Positions 51,032 through 58,943 of a stretch of DNA of 64,000 bases are shown here, one piece after another (positions within the stretch are counted from its first letter, which is position 1; every line of letters begins with the position of its first letter). Source of the stretch: Candidatus Poribacteria bacterium (GTDB taxonomy: Bacteria; Poribacteria; WGA-4E; WGA-3G); the NCBI GenBank assembly GCA_964291315.2, contig OZ219753.1:1632001-1696000 (forward strand). The letters are read 5' to 3'. The translations under genes were made by a program, and so were the position numbers. Below the pieces are notes generated by a model. That model made no database searches, had not been told where the DNA came from, and was given only the letters and a program-made list of their open reading frames with translations.

Positions 51032-51805
51032 TTACTTGAAATTAAGAAACGTGTAGGGTTCAATCCCGCCCTCTTCATAAGGGATGACCGTGATGCCCGG
51101 TGGAATGATGCCGTTATCAAAATCATCGTTATAACGTATTGTACTTGGTGGACCGAGAATTTCTGCAATATATCTCACAGGTGTGCCGTCTGCATCAATG
51201 TATTGGTCCCATCTGAGGTAAACTGTGTTTGGATAGCAGGGGTAAACAAGCCCGTCTTCCATCGCAGCGCTTTCGGCTTGTTTGCCTTGTTTCCACAACT
51301 TGATACAAACTCTTACGATCAATTCCCAGTTTCGTGCTCGTTCGGGACTGGCTTCGTAGAGGCTCTCTGCAAAATCCCAGAGGTCCGGATCCGGATACCC
51401 GGGTGGTATTTCGGGATATGGCCCGAAGCCGAAGGGCGAGACGCGCGTCTCTTCCGGGGTCTCTTGCCCTGTGTCGTCGGGTAAGAGCCCTGCTCCCACA
51501 TCAAGCGGGTCGGGCGTTTCGCCTTGTAGCAACGGCATTGTCGTATCGGGCATTGTTTGCAGGGTATCTGCATCCAAGGCTACGGGTACGCCTCCTGCGC
51601 TATCGATATCTGTGGAAGGTTCTGCATCCTGTGGGGTGTGCGCCTCTCCTCTCTCGAGCTGCTCTATCACCTGCTCTGAGTGTGCCAGTTCCGCTGCGGT
51701 TTGGCTGCGGACGTGCCAACTATACAGCAGACTGCTGACGACAACCAGCACAAAGAAGATACCGCCAGCAAGTACCGCGCAGGTTGTGAAAAGGTCACGG
51801 AACAT
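51032..51805 (-). CDS. array paralog A2
   Basis: MFRDLFTT..., first gene after a sigma54 promoter. Confidence 0.85.
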   Translation of the reverse strand: MFRDLFTTCAVLAGGIFFVLVVVSSLLYSWHVRSQTAAELAHSEQVIEQLERGEAHTPQDAEPSTDIDSAGGVPVALDADTLQTMPDTTMPLLQGETPDPLDVGAGLLPDDTGQETPEETRVSPFGFGPYPEIPPGYPDPDLWDFAESLYEASPERARNWELIVRVCIKLWKQGKQAESAAMEDGLVYPCYPNTVYLRWDQYIDADGTPVRYIAEILGPPSTIRYNDDFDNGIIPPGITVIPYEEGGIEPYTFLNFK

Positions 51806-51844
51806 AATTTACCTCCTCGTTTGTCTTGACTATAATCCCTATAT

Positions 51845-51860
51845 AGCAAGTTTCGTGCCA
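51845..51860 (-). promoter_or_regulatory. sigma54 -24/-12 promoter
   Basis: TGGCACGAAACTTGCT on the minus strand. Confidence 0.9.
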
Positions 51861-52052
51861 ATGCCCTGAGGAATAGCATATTCTGAAGGGAAATCCCGGA
51901 TGTCCGTACGGATCCCTTCACCAACAGAGCCTCCCAAACATACACCGGTATAAGGTCTATTCACACGATCAGAAGCGGTCACTTTTTTCCGAAAAAAATT
52001 GCTACGGTGGAGAAAATCACGAGTGGGTTCGAGTGCTACCCTCTTGGCTACC

Positions 52053-52128
52053 TGCAAAAATTGTAGATTGGCACGCAAAATTTGCGGGTTAAGACGCAAA
52101 AATTGTAGTTTGATACGCAAAAAATGCG
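52053..52128. promoter_or_regulatory. 4 palindromic boxes (putative bEBP UAS), 21-bp period
   Basis: YGCAAAAWWTGYR at 52053, 52074, 52095, 52116. Confidence 0.75.
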
Positions 52129-52164
52129 TCTCGGGGTATCTGTGCGGTTGCGCGTCATTATGTC

Positions 52165-52193
52165 TTGCGGAAAAAAGCGGGGTGTGCTATCCT
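52165..52193 (+). promoter_or_regulatory. possible sigma70 promoter of the bEBP gene
   Basis: TTGCGG-17 bp-TATCCT with extended TG. Confidence 0.35.
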
Positions 52194-52234
52194 CTCGTTA
52201 TACTGAATCTTTCCACAGGAGCAAGGGAGGTATC

Positions 52235-53383
52235 ATGAGCATGCAACCAACATTTATTGAATTGCCATCAGAACCCATGCAAAGTATTTATAGGACAGTT
52301 CGGCAGGTGGCAACATCAGACCTCTCGTTTTTCATTACGGGCGAAACTGGAGTCGGTAAGGAAGCAGTGGCACAATACATTCACAAAAGTGGCCCACGCC
52401 GAAATAAACCTTTGGTGGCCATAAATTGTGGGAGATTCACCACCGAGCTCTTGCAAAGTGAGCTCTTTGGACATGAAGAAGGGGCGTTCACTGGCGCAAT
52501 CCGTTCTCGCCGCGGGGCATTTGAAACCGTAAACGACGGCATTCTCTTCTTAGATGAGATTACCGAGATGCCCTTAGAAGCACAGAAAACGTTCCTCCGC
52601 GTCCTAGATACAAAAACCTTCACGCGGATCGGCGGAAATGTGAGCTTGACCACAGATTTTCAGGTTATCTCCGCAACAAACAGGAACATCGGAAAAGATG
52701 TGCTTGAAACAAAATTTAGAGCAGACCTCTATTACCGCCTCATGGATATGAGCTTTCACATCCCACCCCTCCGAGAGCGGCCAGAAGATATCGCCCCTTT
52801 AGTTGGCGCTTTTATTCATGAGTTCAGCCCTGGGCGCGGAAAAAGCGCAATAAAGATTACCGCAGAGGCACTCACTCGCCTTGAAAAAGCAGCGTGGCCC
52901 GGGAATATCCGGCAACTGAGAAGTACTGTTAGAACAGCCGTCGCCCTCACTACAACCGATAAACTTGAAGTCAAAGATTTTCCGTATAATTTTTTCACCG
53001 CCCCAGGGTTAGAAAACCCTGTCTCCGCTCCGGACAGAGCAGATAGCACGGCTGTGCATACAGAATTCACCCAGACGATCCCCTTCGTCTGGCATACGCT
53101 CCCTGAGAAAATCCAACAGGCGGTTGTGCATGAGCTTTCGGAGCATCTGCCGGAACTCTCGGGTAATGTCCCAACCGCTAATACTGCACCGACAGACGAG
53201 AACCCGGAGCTTCTCAACATAAAAGATATGGATCAACAGGAAATTCTACAGGCGGTTGCCCAGAAGCGCATTGCAGAATATGCCTCGCTCAATGAGGCAG
53301 CACATTCATTAGGGATCGATGTTCGGACCCTTCAGAAACATGCACACTGGCAAGCACAAGATGATACTGCAGAGGGAACTTAA
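52235..53383 (+). CDS. sigma54-dependent enhancer-binding protein lacking an N-terminal sensory domain
   Basis: GETGVGKE, SELFGHEEGAFTGA, FLDEI, FRADLYYRL, WPGNIRQL; C-terminal HTH-like AAHSLGIDVRTL. Confidence 0.93.
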   Translation: MSMQPTFIELPSEPMQSIYRTVRQVATSDLSFFITGETGVGKEAVAQYIHKSGPRRNKPLVAINCGRFTTELLQSELFGHEEGAFTGAIRSRRGAFETVNDGILFLDEITEMPLEAQKTFLRVLDTKTFTRIGGNVSLTTDFQVISATNRNIGKDVLETKFRADLYYRLMDMSFHIPPLRERPEDIAPLVGAFIHEFSPGRGKSAIKITAEALTRLEKAAWPGNIRQLRSTVRTAVALTTTDKLEVKDFPYNFFTAPGLENPVSAPDRADSTAVHTEFTQTIPFVWHTLPEKIQQAVVHELSEHLPELSGNVPTANTAPTDENPELLNIKDMDQQEILQAVAQKRIAEYASLNEAAHSLGIDVRTLQKHAHWQAQDDTAEGT

Positions 53384-53430
53384 AATTTAGCACTTTGGCG
53401 GTCAGAGAGCTATCAATATCAATATCTTCT

Positions 53431-54207
53431 CTACTTGAGGTTAAGGAAGGTGTAGGGTTCAATCCCGCCCTCCGCATAAGGGATGACCGTGATGCCCGGT
53501 GGAATGATGCTATTATAAAAATCATCGTCATAGCGCGCCATATCTCCTGAACCTAGAGTATCTGAAATATATCTCACAGGCGTGCCGTCTGCATCAATGT
53601 ATTGGTCCCATCTGACATAAACTGTGTTTGGATAGCAGGGGTAAACAAGCCCGTCTTCCATCGCAGCGCTTTCGGCTTGTTTGCCTTGTTTCCACAACTT
53701 GATACAAACTCTGTGGGTTAATTCCCACCTTCGTGCGCGTTCGGGACTGAATTCATAAAGGCTCTCTGCAAGATCCCAGAGGTCCGGATTCCGATACCCG
53801 GGTGGTATCTCGGGATATGGCCCGAAGCCGAAGGGCGAGACGCGCGTCTCTTCCGGGGTCTCTTGCCCTGTGTCGTCGGGTAAGAGCCCTGCTCCTACAC
53901 CAAGAGCGTCGGGAGTTCCACCCTGTAGCAACGGCACTGCTGTTTCGGACATCGTTTGCAGGGTATCCGCATCCAAGGCTAGGGGTGTCCCTCCGGCGCT
54001 ATTGGTATCTGTGGAAGGTTCGGCATCGTGTGAGGTGTGCGTCACTCTCTTTTTTTCAAGCTGCTGTATCACCTGCACTGTGCGTGCCAGTTCCGCTGCG
54101 GTCTGGCTGCGGATGTGCCAACTATACAGCAGGCTGCTGAAAACAACCAGCACAAAGAAGAGACTTCCGGCGAGGATCGCGCGGGTTGTGAAAAGGTCAC
54201 GGAACAT
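53431..54207 (-). CDS. array paralog A1
   Basis: Near-identical to A2-A4. Confidence 0.85.
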   Translation of the reverse strand: MFRDLFTTRAILAGSLFFVLVVFSSLLYSWHIRSQTAAELARTVQVIQQLEKKRVTHTSHDAEPSTDTNSAGGTPLALDADTLQTMSETAVPLLQGGTPDALGVGAGLLPDDTGQETPEETRVSPFGFGPYPEIPPGYRNPDLWDLAESLYEFSPERARRWELTHRVCIKLWKQGKQAESAAMEDGLVYPCYPNTVYVRWDQYIDADGTPVRYISDTLGSGDMARYDDDFYNSIIPPGITVIPYAEGGIEPYTFLNLK

Positions 54208-54265
54208 ACTTTACCTCCACCTTCGTCTCACTAGACTCTTAATCAGCAACGTTTATTTGTGTGTT

Positions 54266-54312
54266 AAAGAACACTTTTGATACCGTCTATTTTGGTACCA
54301 AAAGTGTTCTTT
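54266..54312. terminator. long inverted repeat after small secreted gene
   Basis: Identical to 48597-48643. Confidence 0.6.
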
Positions 54313-54398
54313 GCAAGTTCTTCTTAATGCCACCTTGCCAAGATACAGTAGTAAACTCGAAGACCATCGTCTCGTAAAGATGACATGCGGCATGCCCT

Positions 54399-54746
54399 TC
54401 AGTTTGAGTCGTAATCATGGTCCTGTTGGAACTTGTCATCTCCATCATAACCATTCACGTAAGCATATGCGGTTCCTGAATTATGGTATGGACCGGAATC
54501 ATACGATCTGGAAAACACAATCTCATTGCCGAAAGACCCGGATTCGTTATCAGCATTATCAACCTTAGCCCAAGTTGCGAAACTGCCATTTTTAAGTCCA
54601 AAGTTACCTAGGATAGCCAAAGCTGTATTCTTCTTGATAAAGGGCAATCTGACCCGAAGCGTCGATGTAGTTGCCCCATAAGAATATACCATCGTAGCAA
54701 CAGCCAAAGAGAGCGCAATTAGCAAAGCGGTCAATGTAGTTTTCAT
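54399..54746 (-). CDS. small secreted protein S1 (115 aa, Gly/Asn/Asp/Tyr-rich, likely beta-rich)
   Basis: Signal MKTTLTALLIALSLAVATMVYS; AGGAG RBS; duplicated at 48.7-50.2 kb. Confidence 0.8.
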   Translation of the reverse strand: MKTTLTALLIALSLAVATMVYSYGATTSTLRVRLPFIKKNTALAILGNFGLKNGSFATWAKVDNADNESGSFGNEIVFSRSYDSGPYHNSGTAYAYVNGYDGDDKFQQDHDYDSN

Positions 54747-54755
54747 GAGAAACTC

Positions 54756-55544
54756 CTATTTTTCGGTATTTGTAAGAAAAGTTTCGGGATCATACCCCGC
54801 TGTCTCTATATCAACAAATCTTATGTCTGGATACAATTCTGGCAGTCGACCGGATAACATTTCCTCCGGCGTAAAAGCAGGGGATTGTGCTCCAAGCATT
54901 GACTTTGGAACCGGAACCATCCGGGGATTCTCATCGGAACCAACATTCTCTTCATCCCATCGAACGTAAATGACATCCATATAGAGTGGATAGACCCGCT
55001 CGTTATTATCTCTAAAGATACCGTTTACGAAGCCACGGTCTCCTTGGTTCCACAGCTTGATTAGAACCCGATAGATCATCTCGTGATCACGCATGTCGCC
55101 CTTCCGATAATTCGGAAATTCTATCCATATAGGTGTAAGATTCTCTGGAAAGTCCGCAGGGACCTCTGGAAAATCAGCCGCTACAATGCCCTCAGTCTCG
55201 GTCTGAAACGCAGACGATTCTTCAGAAACCGCGGTGTCGGGACTTTTAGCAGCATTATCCTGAGGTACAGTAGCCCTTTCTGTTAACACTGTTTCGGTGC
55301 TGTTGCCTAAGAGCGCCTCCTCTGTTTTTCCAGAGCTCCCCAATTGTGTAGTAGTGTCAGCCCCTTGTGGGGTGTGTGTCTCTTTTTTCTTCTCGAAGTG
55401 GCGTAGCACTCGCTTGGTTTGTGCCAGTTCGGCTTCACCGGTGTGCCTGACATGCCAAGTGTAGAGCTGCACACCCGCAAAAACAAGAATAAAGAGAACA
55501 AAACTCGCAAGCACCGCGCGGGTTGTGAAAAGGTCACGGAACAT
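54756..55544 (-). CDS. array paralog B1 (A-type first ~12 codons, B-type body)
   Basis: MFRDLFTTRAVL joined to ASFVLFILVFAGVQLYTW. Confidence 0.85.
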   Translation of the reverse strand: MFRDLFTTRAVLASFVLFILVFAGVQLYTWHVRHTGEAELAQTKRVLRHFEKKKETHTPQGADTTTQLGSSGKTEEALLGNSTETVLTERATVPQDNAAKSPDTAVSEESSAFQTETEGIVAADFPEVPADFPENLTPIWIEFPNYRKGDMRDHEMIYRVLIKLWNQGDRGFVNGIFRDNNERVYPLYMDVIYVRWDEENVGSDENPRMVPVPKSMLGAQSPAFTPEEMLSGRLPELYPDIRFVDIETAGYDPETFLTNTEK

Positions 55545-55582
55545 ACTTTACCTCCTCGTTTGTCTGACTATAACCCCTATAT

Positions 55583-55598
55583 AGCAAGTTTCGTGCCA
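55583..55598 (-). promoter_or_regulatory. sigma54 -24/-12 promoter
   Basis: TGGCACGAAACTTGCT on the minus strand. Confidence 0.9.
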
Positions 55599-55790
55599 AT
55601 GCCCTGCAGAGTAGTGTATTTTGGCGGAATTCCGGTATGTCTGTAGGGGTTCCCCGCACCAACAGAGCCGCACAAACATACACCGGTATAAGGTCTACTC
55701 ACACGATCAGAAGCGTTCACTTTTTTCCGAAAAAAATTGCTACAGTGGAGAGAATCATAGGTGAGTTCGAGTGCTATCCGCTTGGCAATC

Positions 55791-55845
55791 TGCAAAAATT
55801 GTAGATTGGCACGCAAAATTTGTAGGTTAACCCGCAAAAATTGCA
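55791..55845. promoter_or_regulatory. 3 palindromic boxes (putative bEBP UAS), 21-bp period
   Basis: Boxes at 55791, 55812, 55833. Confidence 0.72.
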
Positions 55846-55924
55846 GATCATTCTGCCATATAGGGGAGGGAGACGATGCACCTGCAACCGTTTATGCAGT
55901 TTCCGTCAGAGCCGGTGTGAGGGT

Positions 55925-57382
55925 TTATAGCAGGGTGCGCTGCCGAATCTCGTGCCAAGGCCCGGTAATCGCCAACGTAATCCCGTGACTCTGAATGTTT
56001 ATAAACAGCGTTGTGCCGTCAGGTGAGAACGTTGCCCCTGCTAGTTCGGACATATTGCCAGCGTTCCGTGCGAATTTATAAAGGTGCCCTTCGGGCGTTA
56101 CGCCGACTAGAAATTCTTCATTAGGCCCATCTTCACAGATGATCAGATCCCCCCATGGTGTGACCGTTAGGTTATCGGCGTTTTCCATGAGATTGCTGTC
56201 GTTTGGCTCAATGAACAGTTGTAGCGTCCCCGGTTGCTGCGCCTCGCGGCTTGTTCCTTCGTAAGGGCTGGGTGTATATTTCCAGATTTGCCCTTTGTAC
56301 AGCGTTCCGCCATTCGTGCAAGCGATATAAAGTGCGCCGGTGTCGGCTTCACTGCCGTACCATATCCCTTCGCCGCGTGCGAATCGTGCTGCCTCTTTGT
56401 CTTGATTGCCCTGTATGCGGAGGTCGTCCTTCGGGGATTCTACGTTCTCAATGTCCACCCATTCGACTGTGAGTGTTTCTCCGACGGGTATGGGGTTGTA
56501 TGTCCACGGCAATATCTTTTTCATGCGGCTCTGCCAGTTTCGGGTATCCGCGCTCTTCAGGTCTCGGATCTTCAGCGCCTGAAGTTTCCCGCCTGCCGCG
56601 AGTTCGCCCGGTTTTTCTGGGATAAAACGATAGATTAAACCATCATTTCTGTCTTCGGTTTGATACACAATCCCACTCTTAGGATCAACAGCCACAGCTT
56701 CATGATTGAAACGTCCCATCGCTTTCAGAGGGACAGGGTCAGCCAATCCTATTTCAGTAGAAACAGGTACCTCAAAATTGTAGCCGTGATCCGCTTCGTA
56801 AGTGTCTTCTTGCTTCTGCACAGTCTCCTCACAGGTTATCCATGTGTTCCAAGGAGTTGGACCGCCGGCACAATTGCGGATCGTTCCTGCAAGACTCAGA
56901 AAATGTTTTTCCAGTTTTTGTGTTTTTGTGTCATAGACGAGCGTGGTTGTGCCGCCGAGGCAGGGGAGCTCGCCCGACCCAGGATCATAGAGCTTATCAC
57001 GTGCCGCGGGTTCAATTTTTTCGTTATTCCATCCAAACGGGCCAACTGCTTTGTCACCCGATTTTAATTCATGATTGCGAATAAGGACAGTTTTGCCGTT
57101 AGGGCCAGGGAAAGCCGCCATACCGTCGTGGGCACCCGGCACCCAAAGTCCGTCGTCCATTTCTTCACCCGTTCTGGAGAAGGCGTGAGCCGTAAACCCT
57201 TCAGGCAGATCAAGGAGCCGATTCGGACTCGGCTTGAACACATAGGGCGGTTCAGGGCCAAAACCTGGTACCTTCTGAATCAAGGTCCGGCTACACCCTG
57301 AAAATCCGAGACTGACTGCTACAGATGCTGTGGCGAGTGTGCTAGTGTGTAGAAACTGTCGTCGAGATACTCTCTGTTTCAT
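55925..57382 (-). CDS. phoX: PhoX-family alkaline phosphatase (DUF839), Tat-exported lipoprotein
   Basis: SRRQFL Tat motif, FSGC, LIRNHE, NCAGG.TPW.TW.TCEE, MGRFNHEA, ARGEG, DNL, ELAG. Confidence 0.88.
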   Translation of the reverse strand: MKQRVSRRQFLHTSTLATASVAVSLGFSGCSRTLIQKVPGFGPEPPYVFKPSPNRLLDLPEGFTAHAFSRTGEEMDDGLWVPGAHDGMAAFPGPNGKTVLIRNHELKSGDKAVGPFGWNNEKIEPAARDKLYDPGSGELPCLGGTTTLVYDTKTQKLEKHFLSLAGTIRNCAGGPTPWNTWITCEETVQKQEDTYEADHGYNFEVPVSTEIGLADPVPLKAMGRFNHEAVAVDPKSGIVYQTEDRNDGLIYRFIPEKPGELAAGGKLQALKIRDLKSADTRNWQSRMKKILPWTYNPIPVGETLTVEWVDIENVESPKDDLRIQGNQDKEAARFARGEGIWYGSEADTGALYIACTNGGTLYKGQIWKYTPSPYEGTSREAQQPGTLQLFIEPNDSNLMENADNLTVTPWGDLIICEDGPNEEFLVGVTPEGHLYKFARNAGNMSELAGATFSPDGTTLFINIQSHGITLAITGPWHEIRQRTLL

Positions 57383-57616
57383 ATATTTTCCCTCATCAAG
57401 GCGTTAAGGAGGTGATCTGATATCTGTATCGTGGATACAACGTCGTTCTTACAGACAAAGTATAATTTCAACATCTTACAATATTCTCTCGTTTTTTTCA
57501 AGCGTTTGTGACACCTTCCTTTACGTTAACCCCGTTCGGAATTACACATCTCGCTTGACAACCTTCTAACGATGTGCTATTCTTTTCGAAAATCCCGGCT
57601 GGTAAAGGAGATTCTA

Positions 57617-58834
57617 ATGAAAAAACAGTTCAAAGTTAGAGCCGCACATTGCGATTACCGTGCGGCGGAAGAGGAGATATACCAGACCCTCCGGCGTATC
57701 ACTGACCCGCTCACCCGCGCTTGGCAGCCGATAGAAACCGCCAAGAAGGTGGTTATGAAATTCAATATGATGAAACCGCCTGATCGGATTGTCTACTACG
57801 AAGGACGGCGGCGCGAATTAGTAGATGACGCGACCTGCCGCGCCGTTCTGCGGTTAATCAAGGAACACACCACTGCGCAGCTGGTTGCGACGGATACGAA
57901 CCCTTATACACACGGGCATCGAATGCCACCCAATTTCAACTACCTACATCATCTGAAACAATTCGACGTGCAGTTCGTCGATTCCAATCTGCCTCCGTTT
58001 AAGGTCTACGATGTCCCGGGGGGTGGCTCTATGTTTGACCGCTACACGCTGAGTGCTTGTTTCGACGATGCGGATGCAGTCGTCTCTGTAGCGAAGATGA
58101 AGAACCACGCGTTTATGGGGATCACGTTGTGCACGAAAAACCTGTTTGGGTTACCGCCCATGCTGCTCCCCGAAGGCAGAACCCGAAGCTATTATCACCA
58201 TCTCATTCGCCTCTCTTATGTGCTCCCCGATCTGGCGCTCATCACGAAGCCGTGCCTCAACATCATCGACGCATTGACCGGACAGTGGGGGCGCGAGTGG
58301 GGCGGGGTCGGCAGGATTTGTAACGCCCTCATCGCAGGGGATCATCCCATCACTACTGACGCTGTCGGCATGCATCTCATGGGACACGACCCGCAGTCCG
58401 ACTGGCCCACACCACCGTTTAAACGCGATCGCAATCATATCCTCATTGCTGCACAACGCGGATACGGGACTGTCAATCTAGATGACATTGATTGGGAAAG
58501 TGAAGTCACGGCTCCCTTAGCGGCGTTCGATTCAGTTGAAACCGACACGCCCGAAACCGTGGCCAACTGGCGACGGACGACGTGCGAACAGGGATTAATC
58601 TATCAAGAAAACCAAAAAGAACTCATCGATCGATACCGCGACACCTTCATCTACATGCAAGACGGTGAAGTCGTCTGGAACGGACCCGATCCATCTAACC
58701 TCGGGAGCCGGCGGCAGCTCAGCGGCAAAAAGAAGAGCAGCGCCCTCTGGCTGAAACTCGTCGATGCCGAGGAACACGAAGCTGAACAGTTTAACGTCTA
58801 CCGAGAATGTTTGAAGCCCTTCGCCGCTGCTTAG
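57617..58834 (+). CDS. DUF362 family protein
   Basis: VVSVAKMKNH...ITLCTKNLFG, P.LNIIDA..G, IAG.HP...DAV. Confidence 0.82.
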   Translation: MKKQFKVRAAHCDYRAAEEEIYQTLRRITDPLTRAWQPIETAKKVVMKFNMMKPPDRIVYYEGRRRELVDDATCRAVLRLIKEHTTAQLVATDTNPYTHGHRMPPNFNYLHHLKQFDVQFVDSNLPPFKVYDVPGGGSMFDRYTLSACFDDADAVVSVAKMKNHAFMGITLCTKNLFGLPPMLLPEGRTRSYYHHLIRLSYVLPDLALITKPCLNIIDALTGQWGREWGGVGRICNALIAGDHPITTDAVGMHLMGHDPQSDWPTPPFKRDRNHILIAAQRGYGTVNLDDIDWESEVTAPLAAFDSVETDTPETVANWRRTTCEQGLIYQENQKELIDRYRDTFIYMQDGEVVWNGPDPSNLGSRRQLSGKKKSSALWLKLVDAEEHEAEQFNVYRECLKPFAAA

Positions 58835-58943
58835 TTTTATAAGCGTTCAGTAAAGCAGCCTGTCTCGCCCCTACTCTCGCTGCTGCACCAGAGACCTCCT
58901 AAGCTCGCTCAACGGATTATGGGGGATTTTTAAAGGGAACTTT

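Noticed and set aside
52069-52086. TGGCACGCAAAATTTGC on the + strand as a sigma54 promoter for the bEBP (also ~55807)
   Set aside because: Spacing is N7, not the strict N5; it is part of the palindromic box array
52053-52128. 21-bp periodic repeats as a mini-CRISPR or iteron array
   Set aside because: 13-bp units with 8-bp gaps are too short for CRISPR, no cas or rep genes are present, and the position fits a UAS
43163-55544. Diversity-generating retroelement or integron as the source of array variation
   Set aside because: No reverse transcriptase or integrase in the window, no adenine-specific template/variable pair evident, and no convincing attC sites
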